Source: a bacterium (lineage in GTDB: Bacteria > SZUA-182 > DTGQ01 > JAFGSM01). Taken from it: 57,575 nt of DNA. Within the stretch, counting starts at the first letter, position 1. Every line of letters starts with the position of its first letter. The DNA lies in assembly GCA_049472315.1 (NCBI GenBank), contig JBLIRN010000019.1, forward strand, positions 1 to 57,575. Reading direction: 5' to 3'. A program made the position numbers and the translations under genes. Positions 42,377-52,324 of this stretch are shown one piece after another. Under the pieces are notes generated by a model. It saw only the letters and a list, made by a program, of their open reading frames with translations. It did not search any database and had not been told where the DNA came from.

Positions 42377-45127
42377 TCAGCGCGGCACAAGGGTGTGCCC
42401 ATACATCCACCATGTTCCCGATCCCGGATAGTTTTGTGCCATCGGATAGCGCTGCCAGGTATACGAGAGGGGCATCGTAGAAGAATACGAGAGGGCTGGG
42501 GTAAAGGAATACGACGGCGGCGAGGTAAAGGAATACGACAGAGGCGGGGTATAGGAATACGAGAGCGATTGAGTATATGTGTATGAGAGTGGAGGGGCAA
42601 AGCGGTTTATTTCCTGGAGAGGTCGTACGAGGGAGATATTCCGTATTGTTGAATAGTCTGGCACACGAAGGATTCCAGGATAATTGTACGATGTGCTGAA
42701 TCCCGATCCATATCCGGCATATACGGGAGAGAACCCGAATGCGGATGCACCCGACCTCACCCCTTGTCCGGCCAGGGATACCGTTACCGCGGGATTATCG
42801 GGATCATCGGACCCTATGGTCAGGCTCGCCTTCCTTGAGCCTGCCGACTGCGGTTTGAAGGTGAGGGTGATCGTCCCGCTCGTCCCCGGAAGGATGGCGG
42901 GTGTGGTGCTCCCGAGAGGCTGCGTCCCTCCGTTGATATCCAGAACGAAGTCGTTCTGGTTTGAGAGTGTCATCCCTGATATGGTGAGGACCTCATCACC
43001 ATTATTCGAGATATGGATAACCACCGGATTGGAACTCTTCCCAATGGTCCTTTTTTCAAAGGAATGGCTCAACGGAGAGACGGCAATGACCGGGCGTGGG
43101 ATATTATTGGCGTACAGGAGATCATGGTCGACAATATCACAGTAGCTTATGTGGATATGGTCCTCCGCGTCAAGTGCCATGGATGCATCCTGGCCAATCC
43201 TTCCCGATCCGTCCACGACGTACGAAAGCCATTTACCCGATGCATTGGTGATATATTTGAGAATGCCGTTCGAATAATCAAAATAGCTTATAAACACGTG
43301 GTCCTCGGAATCGAGGGCAATGGAGGTCGGCCATCCCACATCCACCAGGATGTCCAGATTGGACCGCTCCCAGGTCCCCGATGCATTGGTGGCATACTTC
43401 AGGTCCTCATTGCTGGAATCACAGTAACTGATATGGACATGACCGGCGGAATCGAGGGCAATGGAGGTGAACCAGCCCACATCCCCGGAGCTGTCGACGG
43501 TGTGTGTGCTCCAGGTTCCCGACGCATTGGTGGCATAATTGAGATCCCTGTTGCCGGAATCATAGTAGGAGATATGGACATGATCATATGCATCACAGGC
43601 TATGGAGGTATATTTTCCGACCCATCCTGCATCCTCCACGGTAAAGGTCTCCCAGGTCCCCGACGCATTGGTGGCATACTTGAGATCGGCATTCAGCCAG
43701 TCATAGTAACTGATGTGGATATTGTCCGCTGAATCGCAGGTTATGGATGCGTATAATCCAGTGAATCCCGAGCTGTCCACGGCAAGGGTTTCCCAGGTCC
43801 CCGATGCATTGGTGGCGTATATGAGCCCTGCACCCCGGTAGCTCATATGGATATGATCCTGGGAATCACGGGTTATGGAGGTGCACTGGTCCTCCTTGCC
43901 CGATGTGTCCACTGCATGGGTCTGCCATTCACCCGATGCATTGGTGGCATAGGTGATCTTACGGGTGGTCGCATCATAGTAGCTTATGTGGGCACGGCCT
44001 CCGGAGTCGAGGACAAGTGATGTATCCCATGCCGGGTCCCCTGAACTGTCAAGGAGATGCGTCTCCCATGTACCCGATGAGTCGGTTGCATACCTGAGGT
44101 GGCCATGGGTGGAATCGAAATAACTGATGTGGACGCGGCCTGCGGAATCGACGGCAATGGAGCTGTCCCACCCCGCATCCCCCGGGCTGTCTATGGTGGA
44201 TGTCGTCCAGGTTCCTGAGGGGTTGGTGGCGTATTTGAGGAAACCGGTAAATGAATCCACATAGCTGATGTGCACGTGGTCATCCGAATCGATGGCGATG
44301 GAGGTATACGATCCCGCATCCCCGGTTTCGTCAATGATGCGGGTTTCCCACGTGCCCGAAGGATTGGTTGCATAGTTGAGGTCTGCATACGTCACGTTGA
44401 AATAGCTTATATGGACGGTGTCTTGTGAGTCGATGGCGATGGAGGTATATCTGCCGACATTTCCGGCCTGGTCTATGGCACGACTCTCCCATGCACCTGA
44501 TGCATTGGTGGTATACATGAGGTCTCCGTCGATGGAATCACAGTAGCTTATATGGACATGATCTCCGGAATCGACGGCAATCGAGGAATAATCCCCCGCG
44601 AACTGGGATGCGTCCAGGGTGGAGGATTCCCACCCCCCTGATGAGTTTGTAGCATATCTGAGGTTTTTGTTGGTTGCGTCGAAGTAGCTTATGTGGATAT
44701 GACCCGCCGAATCGATGGCTATGGAAGAGGTCTCGCCGACAGCACCCTGGCTGTCCACAATATACGTCTCCCATGCCCCTGATTGATTCGTTGCATACCT
44801 GAGGTCCTTATCGGTATTGTCGTAGTAGCTTATGTGGACATGACCTGCAGGATCGATGGCCATGGACACGGAACTGCTTGATTCCAGTGAGGATGAATCA
44901 ACTGTCGTGTAATGCCAGCCACTTCCATCGAGTAATGCATAATAGAGGTGATCGCCTGCGTATGCAACGTGGACGCGATCGTGTTCGTCAACATCTATGG
45001 CCGTTGAGCCGAAATATCCCGGCGCGTCCACCGGTTCCATGTGCCAGGCTGCAGGGGCGACGTTTGCCATCGGACAGAGGAGGAACAGGATGAGTACAAT
45101 GACTATACGGGGGCCTGTCTTTTTCAT
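42377..45127 (-). CDS. Secreted repeat protein: 14 x ~47-aa beta-propeller blades, ASH/Ig-like domain, Ser/Tyr/Pro-rich tail
   Basis: Repeat SIAIDSxxHVHISYYD...LxYATNASGTW; ISNNGDEVLTI...SDDPDNP...LAGQG; tail of SYSxTPPL repeats. Confidence 0.88.
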   Translation of the reverse strand: MKKTGPRIVIVLILFLLCPMANVAPAAWHMEPVDAPGYFGSTAIDVDEHDRVHVAYAGDHLYYALLDGSGWHYTTVDSSSLESSSSVSMAIDPAGHVHISYYDNTDKDLRYATNQSGAWETYIVDSQGAVGETSSIAIDSAGHIHISYFDATNKNLRYATNSSGGWESSTLDASQFAGDYSSIAVDSGDHVHISYCDSIDGDLMYTTNASGAWESRAIDQAGNVGRYTSIAIDSQDTVHISYFNVTYADLNYATNPSGTWETRIIDETGDAGSYTSIAIDSDDHVHISYVDSFTGFLKYATNPSGTWTTSTIDSPGDAGWDSSIAVDSAGRVHISYFDSTHGHLRYATDSSGTWETHLLDSSGDPAWDTSLVLDSGGRAHISYYDATTRKITYATNASGEWQTHAVDTSGKEDQCTSITRDSQDHIHMSYRGAGLIYATNASGTWETLAVDSSGFTGLYASITCDSADNIHISYYDWLNADLKYATNASGTWETFTVEDAGWVGKYTSIACDAYDHVHISYYDSGNRDLNYATNASGTWSTHTVDSSGDVGWFTSIALDSAGHVHISYCDSSNEDLKYATNASGTWERSNLDILVDVGWPTSIALDSEDHVFISYFDYSNGILKYITNASGKWLSYVVDGSGRIGQDASMALDAEDHIHISYCDIVDHDLLYANNIPRPVIAVSPLSHSFEKRTIGKSSNPVVIHISNNGDEVLTISGMTLSNQNDFVLDINGGTQPLGSTTPAILPGTSGTITLTFKPQSAGSRKASLTIGSDDPDNPAVTVSLAGQGVRSGASAFGFSPVYAGYGSGFSTSYNYPGILRVPDYSTIRNISLVRPLQEINRFAPPLSYTYTQSLSYSYTPPLSYSFTSPPSYSFTPALSYSSTMPLSYTWQRYPMAQNYPGSGTWWMYGHTLVPR
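42455..42590 (-). repeat. 24-bp coding tandem repeat (SYS(Y/F)TPxL octapeptide, about 5 copies)
   Basis: ggaatacga recurs every 24 nt. Confidence 0.75.
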
Positions 45128-46074
45128 ATGCGTGTCCTCCTCTTTACGACATGATTATTGTTTGAGCACAATGAATCGATGTCTTGCGCAGGGCTGACCG
45201 GGTCAACAGGTTCTCGCATGTATAAAAAGGGCTCAATGAGAAAAACAACAGGGCGGACCCGCCCCGATACATATCTGCATCCAAATCGTGGTGATCGAGG
45301 AGTTGAAAATTCAAACCCAGCAGGGTGAACCGAATAAAGGGATAGGGGCAACACAATGCGTAACTCCCATTAAATAGTATACTATTATTTTCCCCGTCAT
45401 CCAAAATAAAGGTGACTGATAGTACTGGCACTTTCAAAATGACGAGGATCATGAAGACCATCCAGTCCCTCTCTATGTGCATTCAACCGTTCATTACGGG
45501 CCTTTTCTTCTTTGACTGTTCTACACTGCATCATTGAGCGGCTGAGTAGTTGTCATCACGATAAGGCTGCCATAGTTCTCTCACAAAACCTCGGGGTGAA
45601 CGATGTGAAATTTAAAACGAAAGAAAAAGGGTTTGCTAACCGATAGAGAAATAAAGACCGTAATATAAAAAGGGCAGAAAATACAATAAGCTATTAAAAA
45701 CGCAGTGGTCAGCGATAACAGGCGTCGGCTGCTGATTTTCGATCAGGTTACTGAGGGGGTGCGGGGCGTTTCCCGAATTACATACAATGCCACTTCCTGC
45801 CGCAACACATGCCGCCGATTGAATTAGATCACGTACCAGGGTGATTGCAGTATTTTTTGTATGTGCCGTGCCTTTATGGTGCAATTTTTGTGTGAAGCAG
45901 TAGCGTTGAGGAAGGGGTGCCATGTGAATGTACGAATCGGTACACCATGGATGATGTGCTGGGGGGAAGCGTGGATTCACATATGTGCCAGGCAACTCAA
46001 AACCGACACCAGGTCCGAACCAATATGCGAGGAGGACAACTGTCTGTCCTCAGTGTAAAAAAGGGGGAAGAACG

Positions 46075-48264
46075 ATGAGTAAGACGGATAAGGATCAACA
46101 GCAGGAACAGGTTGACGAGAGCGGCAGTGTAACAGGGATAATGGAAAAGGAGGACGTGAAGGGCACGGAGGAGGACGTGCAGGCAAAGGATGAGGAGCTT
46201 CAAGGCCAGGATGTGGAGGCTCCGGTGCAAGAGGAGGAGGATGAAAAGACCCGGCTCGAGGATGTGCCGAAGATTACGGTCAAGAAGGGCGCCGAGACCC
46301 TGATGGAGTGCGAGATCACCAAGGAGGAAGTGAGCATCGGCCGCAGGCAGGGAAATGACATACTTCTTGATGATCGAAAGGTATCCCGGGAACACGCCCG
46401 GATCAGGCGGGAAGGGAATACGTTTCGCATAGAGGACCTGCAGAGCACCGGCGGTTTGGAGGTGAACGGAACAAAGGTCACCTCGCAGGAGATCTTTACC
46501 GGTGATGTCATCACCATAGGTGATTTCCATCTTCATTTCTTCTCGGGCATTCCGGGTGAAGAGAAGACGGTTTTTGAGGAAGAGACGGATGAGGAGCGCA
46601 CGACGTTTGATGATGACAGGACGAAGTTTTACGAAGAGCCGCTGGCGAAACTGGTGGTAAAGCGGTCTGACAACCTTTCGGGTGCCATCGACCTGGCGGA
46701 AGAGGTGGTCATTGGCCGTGGAGAGGACGCCGATGTCCGGCTGGAGGATGGACGCGCGTCCCGAAGGCACAGCAAAATAGCCTTGACCAACGGCAGCTTT
46801 GTCATCACCGACCTGCAGAGCGCGAATGGAACCTTCGTCAATGGAGAGAGGATCACGGAGAGGGCACTGCAGAATGGGGACAAGATCCAGATCGGCAATG
46901 CGCTTTTCGAGTTTCAGATGGAGACGGGCGGAAGTGTCGCCCCCGGATCGGGTATTTTGAAACGAATTATGAAATTTTTCGGTTTTCTTGCAGCGATTGC
47001 GCTGATCGCATGGATCATAATCCTGCTCTCGAACAGCGTCAATGCCCCCCATAATGTCATCCTGAGCACACTGTGGGAGAAACAGACAAAGGGGGCAATC
47101 CATGTGTGCGCAGCAATCGGAGACCTCAACAATGATGTCTTCAATGACATCGTGGTTGCCGACGATCTCGGACAGATCTATGCCCTCGATGGCCGAACCG
47201 GCGGCAGTATCTGGAACAAACCCTTTGTTACGGGGGGTGCGATTTTTTCCTCGCCCAGCCTTGGGGACGTCAACCAGAAGGATGGCACCCTGGATGTCAT
47301 TGTTGGCTCCGAGAAGGGGCAGCTCTATACGGTTGACGGGGGACGGGGAAATCTCATCTGGACCAGCACGGTGATCAAAGGTGCCATTACCTCCTCGCCC
47401 GCACTGGCTGACCTGAATGCCGATGGTGTGCTGGACGTGGTGGTCGGATCACAGGACAATTACGTATATGCCCTCGACGGAAAGCAGGGAGGAGAGATCT
47501 GGAATTTCGATGCAAAAGGTAAGGTGACCGCCACTCCTTCCTTGGCGGATATCGACGGTGACGGCGTGCTCGACGTCATCATCGGGTCATTGGGAAACCT
47601 GTATGCACTTTCAGGGGTCAATGGGAAACGCCTGTGGGTGTATCAGGGCGAAGGGGCACCCTCTTCAGCGGCTGCGGGCAGGTTCAATGACGACTTTATC
47701 GAGGACATAGCGGTGTGCTTTCAGAGGGAACTGGTGGTGCTCAATGGTAAGACCGGTGCCGCACTCTGGACATGGACGATTCCCTTTATCACATCTGAGG
47801 ACAATGTGGCGTCCATTGCCCCTGCATTGGCTGACATCAATGAGGATGGTGTCCTGGATGTGGTGTGTTCCTCCGGCAAGGGCCATGTGTACGTGGTTGA
47901 CGGTGTCTCAAAAGGGAACCGGTATCTATGGGATTTCAACACCGAAGGGGAAATCCCCTCCACTGCCTCGATTGCGGATTTCAATGAGGACGGGACCTTT
48001 GATGTTGCCGTCACCGCCGAGGCGGGGACCATCTATGTGATCAACGGCAAGGATGGACATATGCTGGCACACCTCGATGTGCATGAAAAGACCATGAGCC
48101 CGGTAGCCATTGCCGATGTCAATGACAACAGTATGGTTGATTTGGTATTAGGCACCGAGAAGGGCATGATCCGGGTCGTGGAGACGAATACCAGGTGCAA
48201 AAGGAACGAGGTGCTTTGGAGTTCCCTAGGCAAGGATCAACTGCACACCGCTCGGGTTGACTGA
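46075..48264 (+). CDS. Membrane protein with two FHA domains, one TM helix and an FG-GAP/PQQ-like beta-propeller
   Basis: IGRRQGND...VSREHA and IGRGEDAD...ASRRHS...SANGTFVNG; TM FFGFLAAIALIAWIIILL; eight DxNxDG-like motifs. Confidence 0.9.
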   Translation: MSKTDKDQQQEQVDESGSVTGIMEKEDVKGTEEDVQAKDEELQGQDVEAPVQEEEDEKTRLEDVPKITVKKGAETLMECEITKEEVSIGRRQGNDILLDDRKVSREHARIRREGNTFRIEDLQSTGGLEVNGTKVTSQEIFTGDVITIGDFHLHFFSGIPGEEKTVFEEETDEERTTFDDDRTKFYEEPLAKLVVKRSDNLSGAIDLAEEVVIGRGEDADVRLEDGRASRRHSKIALTNGSFVITDLQSANGTFVNGERITERALQNGDKIQIGNALFEFQMETGGSVAPGSGILKRIMKFFGFLAAIALIAWIIILLSNSVNAPHNVILSTLWEKQTKGAIHVCAAIGDLNNDVFNDIVVADDLGQIYALDGRTGGSIWNKPFVTGGAIFSSPSLGDVNQKDGTLDVIVGSEKGQLYTVDGGRGNLIWTSTVIKGAITSSPALADLNADGVLDVVVGSQDNYVYALDGKQGGEIWNFDAKGKVTATPSLADIDGDGVLDVIIGSLGNLYALSGVNGKRLWVYQGEGAPSSAAAGRFNDDFIEDIAVCFQRELVVLNGKTGAALWTWTIPFITSEDNVASIAPALADINEDGVLDVVCSSGKGHVYVVDGVSKGNRYLWDFNTEGEIPSTASIADFNEDGTFDVAVTAEAGTIYVINGKDGHMLAHLDVHEKTMSPVAIADVNDNSMVDLVLGTEKGMIRVVETNTRCKRNEVLWSSLGKDQLHTARVD

Positions 48265-48287
48265 GCACAGTAGGAAAGAGACCGAAA

Positions 48288-49055
48288 ATGAGAATCCAAG
48301 GATTTGGCATCACCGATATCGGGCTGAAACGAAGGCTCAACGAGGATCACTACATTTGCGACAATGAGAGGAACATCTATGTCGTCGCTGACGGTATGGG
48401 CGGCGTGGAGGGGGGCGAGCTGGCAAGCAAGATGGCAGCCGAAGTCTTTCTTGCCAGAATTCAGCCCTTGCTTTGGGATGAGGAGGTGACCCTTCCCTGT
48501 GAAATAGAGGCGGGCGAGGACTTCCATTCCTCCCTCATCAAGTACGCCATAGAGGAGGCCAACGAGGCAGTATATCAATTCGGCATCCAGGATGCCTCGC
48601 GGAAAGGGATGGGCACCACCTTTACGGCTGCCATCCCTGTCGGCGACAGGCTTTATGTGGGGCACATCGGGGATTCGAGGGTGTATCGATACCGAGACGG
48701 CGTTGTGGAACAGCTTTCCGAGGATCACACCCTGGTGCAGCAGATGGTTCGGGAGGGGAAGCTTTCCCCACAGGAGGCACGGCGCCATCCAAAGAAGAAT
48801 GTCATCACCCGTTCCCTGGGGCCGAAGAAGGGTGTTATCCCAGACCTTTTTTCCGAACATCTCGCCCCGGGTGATATTTACCTCCTGTGCAGTGACGGTC
48901 TTTACGGCATGGTTGAAGACGGTCAATTGGTGAACGGGTTTCATTTGAGCAACGGCAACGGCCTGGAAGACCTGGGCAGGCAATTGATCGCAATGGCGAA
49001 TGAGGGAGGGGGAAAGGATAATATAACCGTGGTTCTCTTCACCGTGGAAGCATAA
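48288..49055 (+). CDS. PP2C-family Ser/Thr phosphatase (Stp1-like)
   Basis: TDIGLKRRLNED, VADGMGG, GMGTT, HIGDSR, LCSDGL, GGKDNIT. Confidence 0.95.
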   Translation: MRIQGFGITDIGLKRRLNEDHYICDNERNIYVVADGMGGVEGGELASKMAAEVFLARIQPLLWDEEVTLPCEIEAGEDFHSSLIKYAIEEANEAVYQFGIQDASRKGMGTTFTAAIPVGDRLYVGHIGDSRVYRYRDGVVEQLSEDHTLVQQMVREGKLSPQEARRHPKKNVITRSLGPKKGVIPDLFSEHLAPGDIYLLCSDGLYGMVEDGQLVNGFHLSNGNGLEDLGRQLIAMANEGGGKDNITVVLFTVEA

Positions 49056-49068
49056 TCCCCATATACGC

Positions 49069-50220
49069 ATGGCGAAGGAATTAGGCAAATACAGGATCAT
49101 CGAGCGTCTGAGCACCGGGAGCGCATCCAATATCTACCTGGCTGAGCAGAAGACCCTTGAACGCCAGGTGGTTATCAAGGAGCTGATGCGGGAGTTCTCC
49201 ATCAACCAGAAGGTGATCGCCCGTTTTGAGCAGGAGGCGCGGGTGATATCCTCCCTACGCTACGACTCCATCATCCATATCTATGACTACTGGAAGAAGG
49301 GCAACTCCTACTACATCGTGATGGAATATGTCCCCGGCAAGACGCTCAAGGACGTCCTCTCCCAGATCGGGTGCTTTCCCATCGATGTGGGGCTCATCGT
49401 CTTTTACGAGATTGCCAAGGCCCTTGAATACGCCCATAATCGGGGGATTATCCACCGTGATCTGAAACCGGCCAATATCATCCTTTCGGATGAGGGAATG
49501 CTGAAGCTGCTGGATTTCGGCATCGCCCATGTGAAGGAGACAAATCTGACCACCCCCGGGGTGATCCTTGGGACCTATTCGTATATGTCCCCTGAGCAGG
49601 CCATCGGGACCAAGATCGACAATCGGTCGGATATCTTTTCCCTGGGGATCATCATGTACGAACTCCTTACCGGGGAGCGGCCCTTCAAGAAGGAAGGTGA
49701 ACGGGAGGTCACCGAAAAGATCATCAAGGATAAACCAATCCCCATAAGGAATCTGAATCCCGCCATCCCGCGTCCGGTGGCGCGGATCATCAAAAAGTGC
49801 CTGAAGAAGAATCCCAAAAGGCGGTTTCACACCATGGGACAGCTCAAGGAGCGGCTTGAACGGCACATACGGAGATTCCCCCTCGATCATCAATCCCTGC
49901 TCAGGGAATTCCTGAAGGCCTCGGTACCCATAACGGATCAAAAGACCGTGTTCATGGAGAGCGACGAAGAGGGGGAACAAAAGAAGGCCCCGCGAGGCAA
50001 GAGGGACACCTCCAAGGCCTACTTCAAACAGAGGCGCCGTCCCTTTCTCACGGTGATCAAGGTGTGCCTGCTCATCGGATCTCTCCTCGTCATCCTGGGG
50101 GGAATCGAGCTGCTTCTGGTGTACACCTACGGCATACCCATCAGCATGCAAAAGGTATGGCTGCTCAGCACATGGCAGAGGATTTCCCTATCGGTACGAC
50201 ACATCATCCCCTTCATCTAA
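49069..50220 (+). CDS. Hanks-type Ser/Thr protein kinase with C-terminal TM
   Basis: VVIKE, HRDLKPAN, DFGIA, GTYSYMSPEQ, SDIFSLG. Confidence 0.94.
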   Translation: MAKELGKYRIIERLSTGSASNIYLAEQKTLERQVVIKELMREFSINQKVIARFEQEARVISSLRYDSIIHIYDYWKKGNSYYIVMEYVPGKTLKDVLSQIGCFPIDVGLIVFYEIAKALEYAHNRGIIHRDLKPANIILSDEGMLKLLDFGIAHVKETNLTTPGVILGTYSYMSPEQAIGTKIDNRSDIFSLGIIMYELLTGERPFKKEGEREVTEKIIKDKPIPIRNLNPAIPRPVARIIKKCLKKNPKRRFHTMGQLKERLERHIRRFPLDHQSLLREFLKASVPITDQKTVFMESDEEGEQKKAPRGKRDTSKAYFKQRRRPFLTVIKVCLLIGSLLVILGGIELLLVYTYGIPISMQKVWLLSTWQRISLSVRHIIPFI

Positions 50221-50291
50221 CCGCCGGAACCTAGGGACCACATCGAATCACGAAGGTTTATAAAGACGAGCAGGTGTCCGGACGTAGTTGC

Positions 50292-50792
50292 TCAAAAACC
50301 TTCATACGGTTCAAGGCCGTATATCCCTTGATAGACACCGGTTGTCTGGGAGAAGGGATTCATCCCCCACTGATACCGATAGAAGGACCAGATACCCGAG
50401 GCGGACGAGAGAGCTGCAGGCCAACCAGCAGAAGAAACCGCCGGTGACCATGCCATGAAACCTTCAGATGGCATCCCTGTCCAAGGGACACTGCTTCCGG
50501 CCAGGACTTGGTAGACCTGGGACGGCGTCCAGGTGAAACGCCGGGCACCCGGGGGGTAGGCTGACAGCCTTTTGACAACGGTGAAGATACTCTCGCCGTC
50601 AACCAATGGGGCTTGTCCCGGGATGATGCCGCCGTAAGAAGGCAGGTATGCATACAATCCAAGACCGTACCGATTCCACAAGGAATAGCCCTCGGCTGCC
50701 GAGACATATCTGACCATGTGGCGTGGCGCCAAGGCCAGGGCACATACGATCAGGATGATGCAACGTACTGAATAATACCTTCTCGGTTTCAT
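50292..50792 (-). CDS. Secreted aromatic/Gly/Ser/Pro-rich hypothetical protein
   Basis: SD gggag; basic-hydrophobic N-terminus; Tyr/Trp-rich mature region. Confidence 0.7.
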   Translation of the reverse strand: MKPRRYYSVRCIILIVCALALAPRHMVRYVSAAEGYSLWNRYGLGLYAYLPSYGGIIPGQAPLVDGESIFTVVKRLSAYPPGARRFTWTPSQVYQVLAGSSVPWTGMPSEGFMAWSPAVSSAGWPAALSSASGIWSFYRYQWGMNPFSQTTGVYQGIYGLEPYEGF

Positions 50793-50861
50793 GGAATTCT
50801 CCCGTTATGGCATGGGATAGCGTCCTGTCTTCAGAATCATGTAAGAACCTGTAAACGGTTC

Positions 50862-51293
50862 TCAATAATAGCTCGAGATGGAGAGCGGGCAGTAGAGCGG
50901 GGTGTGGCAGGCCCCGCGCGATGTGCACCTCCTCTCATCCCAGCGCAGGGTACATCCCTGTGGCAGGCTGGAGAGCATCGAAAATCCGCCGAACAGATAC
51001 TGGTATCCCCCCTCGATGCCGGAATAGCTGGAGGGGAATGTGTACCGGGTAGCTGCTTGAAATGACATCCACGGTACGCTCGTTTGTCCGAAGGCATAGC
51101 TTGAGTACCCCGGCCAGTACCTGCCTGAAGAGGAGTACGAACTGTAAGGGTAGTACATTGATACATCCCACGTCGTGGTTCCAGAGGGGAGGAATGAGGT
51201 GCCCTGGGCCATGGCGGATAAGGGCCAAAGGAACATTATCCCAAGCAATAGAATAGAAAGGGATACATATAATACGATTGTTTTGCGACACAT
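50862..51293 (-). CDS. Secreted Ser/Tyr/Gly-rich hypothetical protein with C-terminal 4-Cys motif
   Basis: SD gggag; signal peptide ending AMA-Q; YYPYSSYSSSGRYWPGYSSY; ends SSYY. Confidence 0.72.
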   Translation of the reverse strand: MCRKTIVLYVSLSILLLGIMFLWPLSAMAQGTSFLPSGTTTWDVSMYYPYSSYSSSGRYWPGYSSYAFGQTSVPWMSFQAATRYTFPSSYSGIEGGYQYLFGGFSMLSSLPQGCTLRWDERRCTSRGACHTPLYCPLSISSYY

Positions 51294-51358
51294 GATTGTA
51301 TCTCCCAAAAAAATATTCAGTTAGATAAACATATAACGCCACCGTGAAACCGGAATCA

Positions 51359-51373
51359 TTACCTTCTCTCCAT
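51359..51373 (-). CDS. Upstream mini-ORF MERR
   Basis: SD-like agaagaggt 7 nt before ATG; TAA TGA double stop about 66 nt before the 51293 start. Confidence 0.3.
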   Translation of the reverse strand: MERR

Positions 51374-51851
51374 GTGAGAAACCTCTTCTAATGAGGACAT
51401 GGAATGTCTCCGGAGTCATGGGTCATACAATAAACCTCACCAATGAAAGGGACAATCAACTGTCGGTGAAAAGCGGCTTATATGGGGCGTTTTGGGGCAG
51501 TGCAATCCGGATGGAACGTCAAAACATACAGCGGTGAAATCGTCATCCTGAGCGATGTCAAGTCAATGGAAATTATCTGTTGCTGTGGCCTTCCGCCGTT
51601 GCATCACTTCTCGTTGATGACCGTATTCTTATATCACTATATCCCCGCGTGTATTCTTTGTCAAGTAGTTACAGACCCTTCTAACTACATAATTTTTAGA
51701 ATCTCAATATGCTATTGGCGCTGTGAGGCATTCATTTCTTTTTTTGACATATGAGTCATTTGCTGTTTATATTAATAATAATAAATGCTCGTGGCTGTAC
51801 ATGGGCATTATCATATGTATCAACCAGATCCTGTCGGGGAAAGGAGGAACA

Positions 51852-51914
51852 ATGACCATCAAGAAGGTGCAAAGCGTGGAAAAGGGTCTTTGCAAGTGTA
51901 AAAAATCCTGCTAA
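51852..51914 (+). CDS. 20-aa Cys-rich peptide MTIKKVQSVEKGLCKCKKSC
   Basis: SD aaaggagg just before ATG; own terminator immediately downstream. Confidence 0.65.
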   Translation: MTIKKVQSVEKGLCKCKKSC

Positions 51915-51930
51915 ACAGGAACTGTCAAAT

Positions 51931-51965
51931 CAAGGGGGCCGAGGGTATATCGCATCGGCCCCTTG
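51931..51965 (+). terminator. Terminator after the 20-aa peptide gene
   Basis: caagggggccga...tcggccccttg followed by tattt. Confidence 0.7.
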
Positions 51966-52324
51966 TATTTACGTCTGTTCCAATGTCCTTATCAAACAAG
52001 ACAGAAGCGACCTCTCTATAACCCCCGGAACCATAATCCTCCCTGGATATGTTTTTTATTTTTATATGAGATACGCTATACTAAGATATATCCCTTGATG
52101 ACAAAACGCGCATTCCCGCATCCGCCCAGCAGCGAATACGGTAGCAGATCATAGCGTATGATTGACGACTTGACCATGGAGGCAGATGCAAACCATTTAC
52201 AGTATCTTTTTTCGCTCATGGTGTTATCACGGAAGTCTTCAGAATGGAAAGGTCAATCCAACCCCATAGCCGGGGATGTGCCGTGGGATATCCGGCGGGC
52301 ACCTAAAGGACTCGTGGATGCAAC

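Noticed and set aside
43100..45000. Recurring gatgcattggtggcata motifs suggesting CRISPR or DGR repeats
   Set aside because: They are the YATNASG codons of protein repeats at ~141-bp period; no reverse transcriptase or cas gene in the window
45144..45995. ORFs 45144-45482 and 45636-45995 in the divergent intergenic region
   Set aside because: No motifs and atypical composition; more likely promoter DNA
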